64,000 nt of DNA from IMG/VR virus record IMGVR_UViG_3300027719_000003, positions 9,586 through 73,585 of that record. One strand, 5' to 3'. A program made the position numbers and the translations under genes. Below, piece after piece: positions 19,901-28,869 of the stretch (within the stretch, counting starts at the first letter, position 1; every line of letters begins with the position of its first letter). Origin of the DNA: a virus. The notes beneath the pieces are model-generated. The model was given only the letters and a program-made list of their open reading frames with translations, had not been told where the DNA came from and searched no databases.

Positions 19901-20170
19901 TTTGGTTGGTGGGATGTTGGATCAACTAACATCCCCAAAGATCAAATGGGTACGGTACACAAGGGTGAGGCCATCATACCGCAGACCTTTGCAGAAGGTA
20001 TCCGCTCTGGAGAGATGGTGCTGTCAGGCAATGATGGGGCTGGAAACAGTGGAAATCCAGTATATGTTTCTGTCAATGTTAGCGGAAATGTGCTCGCTGA
20101 AAAAGATTTGGCCACCTCGGTTGCACAGGCGATATATACTCAGCGTAAGCGTGGATTGCTTACAGTTTAG
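16958..20170 (+). CDS. Tape measure protein
   Basis: 1070 aa, helical and Ala-rich; tape_meas N-terminal motif (LYKFAVESPLTF...QFAMRGIPIYDELA); VHKGEAIIP C-terminal motif. Confidence 0.93.
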   Translation: MMAAGAVYTRLYIEGNEYFMTLKKAQAQTQEWAKDTTKNVNTVGRDFANLARSVIGITASFQAVKKVVSEGIDFNKFVSEQTAAFAVMMKSTDDARAKMAELYKFAVESPLTFKETVSASKQLLAYGFSAESLVNNMEMLGTVAKATGHSLDDISYVYGTLKTQGRAYSRDLMQFAMRGIPIYDELANVMGTTTQAIKKLTEQGAVGFEEVEKAFKNMTGEGGRFAGMMDAYMKTLSGQLSMFGDIAQQSAGKIASGTTTALTEGIGGVMDALKDSSGAFTNLGTDLGMVASAMLSVVEAAIRLTPAIVLIVKTLIVGKMLQMITTLPKLVLAGSAALKAMTISIMSVNAAFSTLGTGAVWSLKLIGGQLAVLGTELLALMANPAFLAIAGLAAGLAVTATAMARAKAADVSLRETNPREALRQNVIGNMQGSFAADATGATSSIQYTTTQVRDAAKEFDLSLSDTVKILRDLGVVTNGTYTEIQNAITKGEDKLLQTASRAMKSRWEIEAQWYATFAGKSAADYTNPTEKISKGVLAANDYISTFEADRQAMKDALGYVFNNDDLTDTLTKEMTALKEKLIEGASVLNYDDTQFDDILRARIKAIEKLIADGAEKAKTIEHDLWFTREWQAKASIDKLDDLDLERDKAQATAIQKMQKKEITEKEYADASLAINEWYYNERQAMEKERLEKLYTTLKDGNSEMFSLYRQWAAQDFSAGDYGSGLNNSIMAGFEGTTIGKFITSTDKAAQALINLGEAAAKAADDFVSQLLDKIEGINISQSIDNITTGIADFVNNIFGWGDDAADSVENLQDAISNLEDLLGRLQDEFDALIARAEELIGIQVDSMQALYEVGAMSGSQYETAVNDLWAQNAEELKAAYELAGQTYPEDYATEGTLTDVYAALEAVAYKLGVTQTQLTTTQAQLDTAQGDTSGLSDAASGALAGAGIGAGIGSIIPGIGTIIGGAVGAGVGAIGGFVGDLFGWWDVGSTNIPKDQMGTVHKGEAIIPQTFAEGIRSGEMVLSGNDGAGNSGNPVYVSVNVSGNVLAEKDLATSVAQAIYTQRKRGLLTV

Positions 20171-20240
20171 GTTGACGGCATGGGAAATGAATTCCCATGC
20201 TTTTATTGAGTGGGTGTGCCACCATTAAGAGGGGGATATA

Positions 20241-23200
20241 GTGCTGTATAGACGAGTTTTCTTTGACTTCCAAACTGGAGATAGTTTTGAGGAGGTCACG
20301 AGTTTAGTCAAGTTTGACGATTTCACCTTTTCTATTAGAGCTGGTTCGGATACTTTTCACTATTCTCAAAATGTAGCTAATATCTCCCTTGTGTATGATG
20401 CGGCCATATATACAAAGATTATGGGTGCCACTAATGATATTATAGTAAAAATTATCGATACCGATGAAACGGCCAGTGATCCCATAGTATACACCCCACT
20501 TTTTCAAGGGCACATTGCCCCCTCCAAGTCACATTCATATGACGGCATTATAGATAATGTTATTCTGAATCTTGAAGCATTGGATGACGGCGACTACTTA
20601 GATAAAGAAATAGGCGATATATGCTATAGGCATTATACTGTAATGAATCCAGCAAGTCCAGAGACATCTATAGTTCATCAGCTTGCATATATTGCTGGCT
20701 TCACTGTGGGACAGATAGACGGTAGTGTTACTATTCCCGTAGAACTGAATGCATATTCTCCCCCTTCCACTTCTGATACAATAAAAGATTTATTGGATAC
20801 CGTGTTATTTGAGTATGGGTATGTTCTACACTTTAACGAGCTGGGACAGATATCCCCAACTTTGTGGATGCATACAGATGCCGTTGATGCATTGACATTC
20901 AATGAAGACAATGTTCTTGATGGTTCCTTTGATATTGCCGATGGCCTAAAGGAATATGACGGTGCAGAGATAACCTATTATGAACTAGGAGAAGGCATCA
21001 CCACATCAGGCCAGACTGATATCCTTCTCTATAGGGACGGCGATTTGCCATATGCCAGTGATGGCTCGTTCTTGGGGTACGCTGTTCTTAGCGGATACAC
21101 TTATCCGCCTCTTACTAATGTCATAGATGAGACTACAGGCAACCCAACTCTAGTTTACCAAAAATACGAAGATACCGCCATCAAATATTGGACGAATAAA
21201 GCTATCACTGAAAGGCTTGATTACAATTATAAGGCGTTTACCTCTGATTTTTCCAGTATTGTGGCTACGTCCGGTTGGTATCTTGATTACAGTGCTGATG
21301 CTGGAGTTGAACTTATAACGTCAGAGTTTGAGAACACACAGGCCCGTATAGTATTTTCTGGTCTAAACAACGACGCGAACTTGCTGTACTACTGCAATGT
21401 GTATGGAAAGATTCTGTATAAAACATCAGAAAGAGTTTGTGCAGTAACGACTATTTCAGGTTCGGAAGATTTGGATAAATACGTCAGTACCTTTATTTTT
21501 GAGAAAGAACATGCTGATATATTGTGTAAATTTTTGGCCCTTCAACATTCTACAAACAACCTCAATATAGATTTAGAGTCAGAACAATTGGTAGAAGTGG
21601 GGGAACTGGTTTACGTCATAACAGGAGACGGCACCAATGAGCTATGTTATGTAGCTGAACGAAAGTATACGGAAAAAACGAAACTCTATACTTATTCGTT
21701 GCGGTCATATATGTATGGTGATGAAGTCACACTTCCAGCCTTGACCAGTCAATCAGTGACATCTCCATCCAGAATTAACGGTGTTACATCCAGCTCTACA
21801 CCAGACGCAAAAGAGATGATGGGTGGTGCTTTGTTTGTATCCACCACAAATATAGTTCGTAATCGTTTGGAAGAACTCACCCCTTCTGGTATAAGTATGT
21901 ATGCTAGGTATGCCTATGATGGAACCGATTATCTTGGAAGATTCACAGTAGAACTGTCACATGATGGCGTGACATATCAAGACCCGGTGTACACTTCCGC
22001 CTCTGATGAAACCAGTTATGTGTATGCTGTGCCAACAACCATGATTGTTACAGCTTCGTCTTATTATGTTGCGTCTGTCCGAATAAGATTGTATCCAACT
22101 GGTGGGGTGGGGGTATATAAGCAACAGGCACTGTGTGCTGTTACCGCTGATCCATCAATAGCTCCCATGTATCTTGGAATTGGTATACTATCTGCATTGG
22201 GGACTATGGAATATGAAGCGGCGGATGTCAATGAAACTGGTGATATAACTGTAATTGGTGCTTTTGATCAAGTATACGTCGGCGATACTGTTGTCAATTA
22301 CTCCGCTACTGGTGGGGTTGCTACACTAGGTATGTTCAAGTGGAATGGTTCAGCATGGGTCAAGACAACATCAATAAAGGATTTGACTCCTGCAATGAAT
22401 GATCTATTTGGACTATCAGTTGCGGGGATATCCATTGCTGATGCTACAGTTTTGTCTCTGCTTATAGCCAAGCAGATACTTGCTGAGAACGTCGATGTGA
22501 CCGGCCAGCTCACGGTACAGGCCGGTGGAAGGATGCGATATGAAACAGGCGCGGGCGTTCAGAAACGCTGTGTGCAACTCGCAGATGAAAAGATCGATTG
22601 GCTTGATACTCCTGATACTACTCCTGCATCAGCTGAGCAGTTGCGATTTAGATTCGGCAGGCTTGGGGTAAGTGGTGCCGTCCTCGCTGACGGCGAATTC
22701 TATACTAATTGCGATCAAGGTCTTTCTGCTGAGACAATCATCAAAACGTCTACCGGCTACTCGCCTGCGTATCGATTCGACGCCGCTGGCGATTTGTGGA
22801 TAGGATACGGCATTTATGAAAAAAAATACAGCGCGGGAGCATGGGGGACTGAGGTTTCGACAGCGTCCGATGTTTCAGGATACAAATCTGGCTTTATAAC
22901 TTTACAAAACGGAGACGGGTTATTGGTGTATATAGATTATACAGCCTCAAGCCTCAAGCAATGCTTAAAAATTGGCGGCATATGGGGGACGCCGACCACC
23001 ATCCGCTCCGTTTCTTTTTCATCTCATGTTGCGGCAGTTCAAGAAAATAACGGGGCTATACGTGTAGTATATCAAGAAATCCCATCATTAAAAATATTTG
23101 AGATAGTAAACACGGGGAGCGGGTTTGGCACTCCTGTGGAAATTGTAGCAAGCGCCAGCCTGTGCGCCCCTGCCTACTTACTGGCGACAGACGGAACGCT

Positions 23201-24290
23201 CAGGCTTGCGTACTCAGACGCGAGCGGCTACCTTACGGAAATAATCTACACGACCACATGGAGTAGTGCGAGCGTGATAACGTCGGCCGCTTCAGGCTAT
23301 CCGGCGTATTATCAGAAAATAAACGGGAGCATATACATTGCGTACCGGCGCGAAGCTGATGGGTACATCGTCGAGAAAATGCTGAACAGTACCTGGGGCT
23401 CGGAAAGCGTGCTAAACGCCGCATCGTCCAACGCTCCTGCTTTGATCCAGCAAATTAACGGCGATATACACTTCGCATATACGACTACCGACCTAGTCGA
23501 GCGTATTCACCGGAACTACGCCCGAGTCGGCGGTGGTTTTATCGCCAAAGGCGCTACCGACTACACCCTGTTCGATGGTGCAAAAATTACAGTTTCTGGT
23601 ACCAGCTTGACTGGATATATCGGGCCGCAAGGACCAACTGGACCGACGGGGGATCAAGGTGAGCAAGGAATTCAGGGAGATGCCGCTACCATCGCAGTCG
23701 GCACGGTTGTACCAGGAGATAGTCCAGAGGATGCGAGTGTCATAAACTCGGGGACGTCTGGGGATGCGGTGTTTGATTTCACTCTCCCGAAGGGCGACCC
23801 CGGTACGACAGTCCCCGATATTTCCGCCTTGACTGTGTGCACCGATCCGGACCCGGTGAATGACAGCCTCATCATATACGACGCAAGCGCGGGCAGCCAC
23901 AAGAGACTGGCGCCAGAAAAGGCGTTCAGTCCGCCGATCGGATTCATCTATGCTCAGTTCCCCGGAAAGTCAGATCCTGCGACGTTGTTCGGTCTAGGCA
24001 CATGGAGCAATGTATCATCATCATTCGCTGGAGACTTCTTCAGGGCCGAAGGCGGGAATGCAGGCGCATTCAAGAGTGGTGAGCAGGCGCAAATGATACT
24101 CAACCACGTTCACACCACATACATGCCATTCGGTAACGCAACTGCCGGGTCCGGTGCGCCATATCAAGTACGCGCAGCGAGCAATATTGTAGCCTCGTAC
24201 AATGCCTCGTCCGGGAATCCAACTGTAAATGGGGGAGTCGAAAATAGGCCGGCGAACCAAACTATTCGTATATGGGAGAGAACAGCATGA
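20241..24290 (+). CDS. Large tail tip/fibre protein (hub, beta-propeller, collagen-like and collar-like segments)
   Basis: 1349 aa after TMP; six ~44-aa repeats; GPQGPTGPTGDQGEQGIQG; PIGFIY...ENRPANQTIRIWERTA fibre-tip motif. Confidence 0.82.
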   Translation: MLYRRVFFDFQTGDSFEEVTSLVKFDDFTFSIRAGSDTFHYSQNVANISLVYDAAIYTKIMGATNDIIVKIIDTDETASDPIVYTPLFQGHIAPSKSHSYDGIIDNVILNLEALDDGDYLDKEIGDICYRHYTVMNPASPETSIVHQLAYIAGFTVGQIDGSVTIPVELNAYSPPSTSDTIKDLLDTVLFEYGYVLHFNELGQISPTLWMHTDAVDALTFNEDNVLDGSFDIADGLKEYDGAEITYYELGEGITTSGQTDILLYRDGDLPYASDGSFLGYAVLSGYTYPPLTNVIDETTGNPTLVYQKYEDTAIKYWTNKAITERLDYNYKAFTSDFSSIVATSGWYLDYSADAGVELITSEFENTQARIVFSGLNNDANLLYYCNVYGKILYKTSERVCAVTTISGSEDLDKYVSTFIFEKEHADILCKFLALQHSTNNLNIDLESEQLVEVGELVYVITGDGTNELCYVAERKYTEKTKLYTYSLRSYMYGDEVTLPALTSQSVTSPSRINGVTSSSTPDAKEMMGGALFVSTTNIVRNRLEELTPSGISMYARYAYDGTDYLGRFTVELSHDGVTYQDPVYTSASDETSYVYAVPTTMIVTASSYYVASVRIRLYPTGGVGVYKQQALCAVTADPSIAPMYLGIGILSALGTMEYEAADVNETGDITVIGAFDQVYVGDTVVNYSATGGVATLGMFKWNGSAWVKTTSIKDLTPAMNDLFGLSVAGISIADATVLSLLIAKQILAENVDVTGQLTVQAGGRMRYETGAGVQKRCVQLADEKIDWLDTPDTTPASAEQLRFRFGRLGVSGAVLADGEFYTNCDQGLSAETIIKTSTGYSPAYRFDAAGDLWIGYGIYEKKYSAGAWGTEVSTASDVSGYKSGFITLQNGDGLLVYIDYTASSLKQCLKIGGIWGTPTTIRSVSFSSHVAAVQENNGAIRVVYQEIPSLKIFEIVNTGSGFGTPVEIVASASLCAPAYLLATDGTLRLAYSDASGYLTEIIYTTTWSSASVITSAASGYPAYYQKINGSIYIAYRREADGYIVEKMLNSTWGSESVLNAASSNAPALIQQINGDIHFAYTTTDLVERIHRNYARVGGGFIAKGATDYTLFDGAKITVSGTSLTGYIGPQGPTGPTGDQGEQGIQGDAATIAVGTVVPGDSPEDASVINSGTSGDAVFDFTLPKGDPGTTVPDISALTVCTDPDPVNDSLIIYDASAGSHKRLAPEKAFSPPIGFIYAQFPGKSDPATLFGLGTWSNVSSSFAGDFFRAEGGNAGAFKSGEQAQMILNHVHTTYMPFGNATAGSGAPYQVRAASNIVASYNASSGNPTVNGGVENRPANQTIRIWERTA

Positions 24291-24802
24291 TGTACGCAAA
24301 GATTGAGAATGAGATAATTACTCATATTTATTGTGGTGATAAGCCTGAAGGCACCATTGATATTCCTGATACTTTTGATGGATGTGTTGGACAGAGCATC
24401 CATGAGTTCAACGACAAGTGGGAAATGTACCCACTGTCAAAACGATATGCAGATGGGTTTGTCAAAGCTCCAAAAGGGTTCAAGCTCGACGGGGAGGAGT
24501 GGAAAGAACTAACGCAGATCGAGAAGTACCGGAATGGAATCTATCCCGTTCCGCTGGGAGCAATCCTTGAAGGCAACGAGGTTCGCCCGATGACCCGTGA
24601 AGAGAAAGTAGTCAGTAAGTTGATGACGAAGGAAGAAGCCGACGAAGAAATACGGCTTGAAGAAATAGCCGAGCTGTCAGCCTTTCTGACCTCGACAGAC
24701 TGGTACGCTACGCGCATGGCCGAAACAGGCAAGGCAATACCGGAGGAGATGATCGCAAAGAGACAAGCGGCACGAGAGCGAATATCAGAACTGAAAGGGT
24801 AG
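24287..24802 (+). CDS. Putative tail fibre assembly protein
   Basis: Follows the fibre gene; LSAFLTSTDWY...KRQAARERISEL C-terminal motif. Confidence 0.65.
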   Translation: MMYAKIENEIITHIYCGDKPEGTIDIPDTFDGCVGQSIHEFNDKWEMYPLSKRYADGFVKAPKGFKLDGEEWKELTQIEKYRNGIYPVPLGAILEGNEVRPMTREEKVVSKLMTKEEADEEIRLEEIAELSAFLTSTDWYATRMAETGKAIPEEMIAKRQAARERISELKG

Positions 24803-24805
24803 ACT

Positions 24806-25561
24806 ATGGAGTTTTTGTCTTCCCCTTGGGGATTTGCTTCTATAGCTTTTATTGCCACGGCAGTTGTGGTGATTGTCTATAGAGTTGGCTTTATGTCCAT
24901 ATCAAGGGGCAATATACTTGTAGGGAGGGGGGAGCTGAAAAAAGTCTCCCCTCATAGCACCTGTCCATACGCGAAAGACATCATGGAGTTAATACACCGG
25001 ACAACGGAGCACATGGAGCGTAGGCAAGAACTAAAAACCTTTCTTATTGAAGAACAGATGAAATACTATGAGGAAACAGAAGAAGAGGTTTTAGGATTAA
25101 TGCGCAAAACCTACCTATCCTTATTGGCGGACAAACTGCAAGGGGACGTATCGTATGCCCAGCATCCAGAGTATACCGCCTATATTGTAACACTAAAAGC
25201 CATTGCATCGGAAGTTAAGTCATATATGCGTGGGTGCTTCAAAGCAAATCATTATGCGGAACGCTCTATAGAGGAACAACGTGTCTATGTTGAAAAAAAG
25301 AAAACAGTAGTAGTGCAGAAGATCACAGAATTACTTAATATCTACTGGAGAGGCGTTGTTGTTACGCGCTCTGAACTATATAAAGAGCACACTACTCTTT
25401 TGCCGGAATTACAAGAGTATGTGGAGACCATCTTTAACGAAGCATTTTTGTTGGCTAGGAACAGTAGTACCAAAATGCAACAGTTGGAAGAGGCTTACAA
25501 TACATACCTGATTGCGGTACTTGGAGCCAATAAAGTAGGAGGGTGCTATGGGGATTGTTAG
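24806..25561 (+). CDS. Single-TM membrane protein in the lysis module
   Basis: N-terminal TM helix plus a ~220 aa helical domain; upstream of the endolysin. Confidence 0.6.
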   Translation: MEFLSSPWGFASIAFIATAVVVIVYRVGFMSISRGNILVGRGELKKVSPHSTCPYAKDIMELIHRTTEHMERRQELKTFLIEEQMKYYEETEEEVLGLMRKTYLSLLADKLQGDVSYAQHPEYTAYIVTLKAIASEVKSYMRGCFKANHYAERSIEEQRVYVEKKKTVVVQKITELLNIYWRGVVVTRSELYKEHTTLLPELQEYVETIFNEAFLLARNSSTKMQQLEEAYNTYLIAVLGANKVGGCYGDC

Positions 25562-25997
25562 AGATATTGGTAAATTGGTACCGGAAATGCAAAGCAAGTG
25601 TACATTGTTTTTAGCACACTGCCAAGCTGAGAACTTTCCGGTAATGATAAATGAAACTTTTCGAGAGAGTATAACTCAGTGTATTTACTATATGCAGGGG
25701 AGAGTGGATGCTAGACTCAATACAAATATTGTCAAGGAACTGAACTCCCTGCGTAAAGTACACGGTTTCTGGGAACTTACTGAAACAGAGGCCAAGTCTA
25801 AAATTATCACTTGGACACTTGCCAGCAAGCATATGCTTGGCAAGGCTTTTGACGCCGTGCCTCTAAAAGATGGAAAGCCATGGTGGAACGCTCCTCAGGA
25901 AGTATGGGATAAAATGGGGAATATAGGCGAAGGTGTTGGACTGATGTGGGGCGGTAGGTGGAAGAACAAAGATTCCCCCCACTTTGAGATTGTATAG
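25548..25997 (+). CDS. Endolysin, M15 family (L-Ala-D-Glu peptidase-like)
   Basis: ETFRE, SKHMLGKAFD (SxHxxGxAxD), WGGRW...DSPHFE. Confidence 0.92.
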   Translation: MGIVRDIGKLVPEMQSKCTLFLAHCQAENFPVMINETFRESITQCIYYMQGRVDARLNTNIVKELNSLRKVHGFWELTETEAKSKIITWTLASKHMLGKAFDAVPLKDGKPWWNAPQEVWDKMGNIGEGVGLMWGGRWKNKDSPHFEIV

Positions 25998-26003
25998 GAG
26001 GGT

Positions 26004-26255
26004 ATGATGGGCGATATAGTAGAGAAGCCGAGCAAGATTCCATCCGCGAAAGGTTCCAGTAAAGTGGCACAGATATTCGCCGCACTCTGGATAGCTGGCT
26101 GGAGTGCATACAAGTTCATTAGTGGCGGCGGTGCGGAATTACGAATTGAAGATATTATGCTTTCTGGTATAGGTATAGCGGCTACGTTTACTCCTGTATA
26201 CTTTAGTATTATCCTTGATAAAATAAAGGATATACGTCTAGGAAAGGCGGACTAA
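26004..26255 (+). CDS. Putative holin (2 TM)
   Basis: Two hydrophobic segments and a charged C-terminus; adjacent to the endolysin. Confidence 0.65.
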   Translation: MMGDIVEKPSKIPSAKGSSKVAQIFAALWIAGWSAYKFISGGGAELRIEDIMLSGIGIAATFTPVYFSIILDKIKDIRLGKAD

Positions 26256-26617
26256 TGTGGCATACCTTATCGAAGCTATTGTTGTGTTTCTTGTTGGGTT
26301 CGTTTGCGGCATCCTCATATGCCGAAGACCGAAAGATATGGATATACGAGAGCGAGCTAGTGGAGTTGAAGCAAATATCAATAAACTTGGAGAACAAGAA
26401 TCAGAAATTAGAAAGCGACTTGAAGACCACGTTGGAGAAATCGAAGGAATGGGAACAGACATCGGTAGACTTAAAGAAATCTTGGGAAATATTCAAGCTC
26501 GAAATGGAAGCGGAAGTGGCGAAGAAGGATAAACAGATAAAGACTAGGAATATAGTTATCGGGATACTTGCAGTAGCTGTGCCAATAGGTTTTATTGGTG
26601 GTGCTATTGTATTTTGA
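26255..26617 (+). CDS. Spanin-like protein A (signal peptide, coiled coil, C-terminal TM)
   Basis: Signal ending ASSYA, heptad-rich middle, hydrophobic C-terminus. Confidence 0.65.
   Translation: MWHTLSKLLLCFLLGSFAASSYAEDRKIWIYESELVELKQISINLENKNQKLESDLKTTLEKSKEWEQTSVDLKKSWEIFKLEMEAEVAKKDKQIKTRNIVIGILAVAVPIGFIGGAIVF
26257..26532 (+). CDS. Spanin-like protein B (N-terminal TM plus coiled coil), embedded in protein A's gene
   Basis: GTG 2 nt after the ATG of A; TM helix followed by RR and heptad repeats. Confidence 0.55.
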   Translation: MAYLIEAIVVFLVGFVCGILICRRPKDMDIRERASGVEANINKLGEQESEIRKRLEDHVGEIEGMGTDIGRLKEILGNIQARNGSGSGEEG

Positions 26618-26621
26618 AGAT

Positions 26622-26657
26622 AAGTAAAGCCCCCACCGATGTGATGGGGGCTTTACT
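26622..26657. terminator. Bidirectional terminator between the convergent genome arms
   Basis: AAGTAAAGCCCCCA...TGGGGGCTTTACTT near-perfect inverted repeat with A/T flanks. Confidence 0.85.
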
Positions 26658-27266
26658 TTAGCCATCCTGCCGTTTGACTACCGATGCACCTTTATTTAAA
26701 CTAATTTCAAAAACTCTATCCGCACACCCTATGATATCCGGTACGTGGCTCACCATGATGAACTGTATGTGGAGCTTATCGGATATCTCCTTCAATATCT
26801 CCCCTGCCCGTGGCTGTAGATCGCGGGAGAGGAACTTCATCGGCTCATCCAAGCATATCGTATTATCGGACTTCCCGAGGCTCCACGCCGCTATACGAAG
26901 TGCGAATGACGCCACATCCACTACACCCCCACCTGATGCCTCCATAGGATCAATCTCGAAGCCGTTCTTCATAAAGACTAAGCGAGCTTCGGTCTTGTTC
27001 CGCTTTATCTCAAAGACAAGCTGGAACTGATATTCACCGGGAAAGCACGTATCTAAAGCCGTGTTCACTACGTCCTGAATATGGATGGTAAGCTGTTCCT
27101 GTGTCTTCTGTGCTACATTCTGCACCAAAGCCAAGGCTTGCTCTAGGTTAATAGAACGGGTGGCGTTCTTCTCTATCTTGTCTCGATAGTCGGATGCTTC
27201 CTTGTCCATTGCCTCATAGCGGCCCCGTGCTTGGTTGGTAGCTTTGTCATATTGCGCTAGTGTCAC
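26658..27266 (-). CDS. SbcC/Rad50 (gp46-like) C-terminal half
   Basis: ASGGG signature, ICLDEP Walker B, MVSH H-loop; no Walker A. Confidence 0.85.
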   Translation of the reverse strand: MTLAQYDKATNQARGRYEAMDKEASDYRDKIEKNATRSINLEQALALVQNVAQKTQEQLTIHIQDVVNTALDTCFPGEYQFQLVFEIKRNKTEARLVFMKNGFEIDPMEASGGGVVDVASFALRIAAWSLGKSDNTICLDEPMKFLSRDLQPRAGEILKEISDKLHIQFIMVSHVPDIIGCADRVFEISLNKGASVVKRQDG

Positions 27267-27541
27267 AATACTTCCTCATAAGTCTTTGCGAAGATATCTG
27301 GTTTACAGGGATAAAACTCACCATTAACGCCCTTGATGATAAAATCACCTGATATTGCAGTCATAATCCCCTCAAGAGTATCAATCTGCCAATAAACACC
27401 AGAAGGATTATGCTCTGTTGGTTCTAGTACTGGAGAAGAGTACACTTTTCCACTAGACCATCTTTGTACTTCAAATTCTGTCTTTACATTTATCTCTACA
27501 GCTTCGATCACGACAGGCTTCTTTCTGTATTGCTTAATCAT
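27263..27541 (-). CDS. Conserved phage protein (YRKKPVVIEA...GEFYPCKPDIF family)
   Basis: Recognisable family motifs. Confidence 0.8.
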   Translation of the reverse strand: MIKQYRKKPVVIEAVEINVKTEFEVQRWSSGKVYSSPVLEPTEHNPSGVYWQIDTLEGIMTAISGDFIIKGVNGEFYPCKPDIFAKTYEEVL

Positions 27542-27780
27542 ACCGCCGCCCAGTTCGTAAGCCCCTCAAGTTCAGTGTAGTATTCATCTATCTCTGCCTT
27601 GAGCTTGGACTGTTTACCATCCATATCAGTCAATGCTGTGTCCGCTTCCTCTACTGTATCAAATTTATAGTCGGCCTTCCACTGCGCCACTATCGTCTCT
27701 ACGGCACCTTCAGCACGGGACTTCTTGGCCTTGAGTGTTTCGATCTTCGACTTGATGCCTTCAAACGTTCGAGCATCCAT
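27538..27780 (-). CDS. Small coiled-coil protein
   Basis: 80 aa, helical heptads, stop overlaps the next start. Confidence 0.7.
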   Translation of the reverse strand: MDARTFEGIKSKIETLKAKKSRAEGAVETIVAQWKADYKFDTVEEADTALTDMDGKQSKLKAEIDEYYTELEGLTNWAAV

Positions 27781-27781
27781 A

Positions 27782-27922
27782 CTACATTACCCCCTTAATC
27801 TGCGTGATAAAGAACTTGAAAGCCATAATTACAAGCCCACCGAGACCCGCAAGCATAGCCAGTGAGATGAGCGCCGAGTATACTGGTGTCAATACTTTGC
27901 TTAACAATGAGTCTGGTTTCAT
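27782..27922 (-). CDS. Small membrane protein (46 aa)
   Basis: GGAGG RBS and ATGA overlap; MKPDSLLSKVLTPVYSALISLAMLAGLGGLVIMAFKFFITQIKGVM*. Confidence 0.55.
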   Translation of the reverse strand: MKPDSLLSKVLTPVYSALISLAMLAGLGGLVIMAFKFFITQIKGVM

Positions 27923-28869
27923 ACTTCCTCCTCCACTTCCGTAATGATATCCCGTACCGCTTGGCTAACCTTCGTGGCAAGTATAGTCGCCTTGAGGTTG
28001 TCTTCAAACGATAGCCCTATCTGCCCATCGTGCATAATCGTCTCTACGAACGACGATATCCGCTCATCCCGTTCCTGCTTCTGATCCAAGTGATCCCGCG
28101 TTAGCATCGTCTTGTTATTCGGCATCGGAATCACTTCCATCTCAAACCCTGTGCGCCTATACACCGGGAACTTGTCAGACTTCACACTTACGTCAATAGC
28201 ATCCCCTGTATCCACATAGACAATGATCGGGCTATAGTCGATCAGGTCAGCGGCTTGAACATTCATACATCCCGGATTGATAACGTATCGACCTTCTTCC
28301 TCCACCTTGAAGTTGTGGTGATAGTCCCCCGTGAAGATGAACTGTGCATCAGGATATTTCTCAAGAAGCGTATAGGCACTCGTTCCTTCTATGCCGAACG
28401 GTATATCCGCTGTACTCGGGAAGGTGAGCGTATGCGTAACGTATACTCCTACCGCTTCCGGTATATAGTCTTCCAGCTTACACGTATGCTCAAAGCGCCC
28501 ATTCTCAGTGTACTCTGTGGCACCCAGATATACAATCTTCTCATTCGTCTTGGCCATGGCCTTGAGGATACCTACGGAACTACTATCGACGTTCTCCAGC
28601 TTATGCCACGGCAGACTATGGTTCCCAGCTATCACGTAGCACTTACCGATCAGCACTGCCATAGCGTTAATAAATAGAGACACCACTTCAGGTGGCACCC
28701 TCGGTACGTCGAACAAGTCCCCCGTGCAGATAATGTCCGCATCCCGGAGGTTCGCCTGATCCACAATGAAGTCAAGGTGCTTCTTCTGCGTAGCCATCCA
28801 ATCCTCGTCAAGCCTACATAGTGGCAGGTCAGGGCGGAGGTGATTATCCCCTGTTACAATGAATCGCAC
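27919..28869 (-). CDS. Mre11/SbcD-like nuclease (gp47-like)
   Basis: GDNH, TGDLFD, AGNH, GDYHH, NPG metallophosphoesterase motifs. Confidence 0.9.
   Translation of the reverse strand: MRFIVTGDNHLRPDLPLCRLDEDWMATQKKHLDFIVDQANLRDADIICTGDLFDVPRVPPEVVSLFINAMAVLIGKCYVIAGNHSLPWHKLENVDSSSVGILKAMAKTNEKIVYLGATEYTENGRFEHTCKLEDYIPEAVGVYVTHTLTFPSTADIPFGIEGTSAYTLLEKYPDAQFIFTGDYHHNFKVEEEGRYVINPGCMNVQAADLIDYSPIIVYVDTGDAIDVSVKSDKFPVYRRTGFEMEVIPMPNNKTMLTRDHLDQKQERDERISSFVETIMHDGQIGLSFEDNLKATILATKVSQAVRDIITEVEEEV

Noticed and set aside
19760-19910. Gly-zipper segment resembling a bacteriocin
   Set aside because: It is in frame within the tape measure C-terminus, where such hydrophobic Gly repeats are common
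20241-24802. Diversity-generating retroelement targeting the tail fibre
   Set aside because: No reverse transcriptase in the window and no template/variable repeat pair seen
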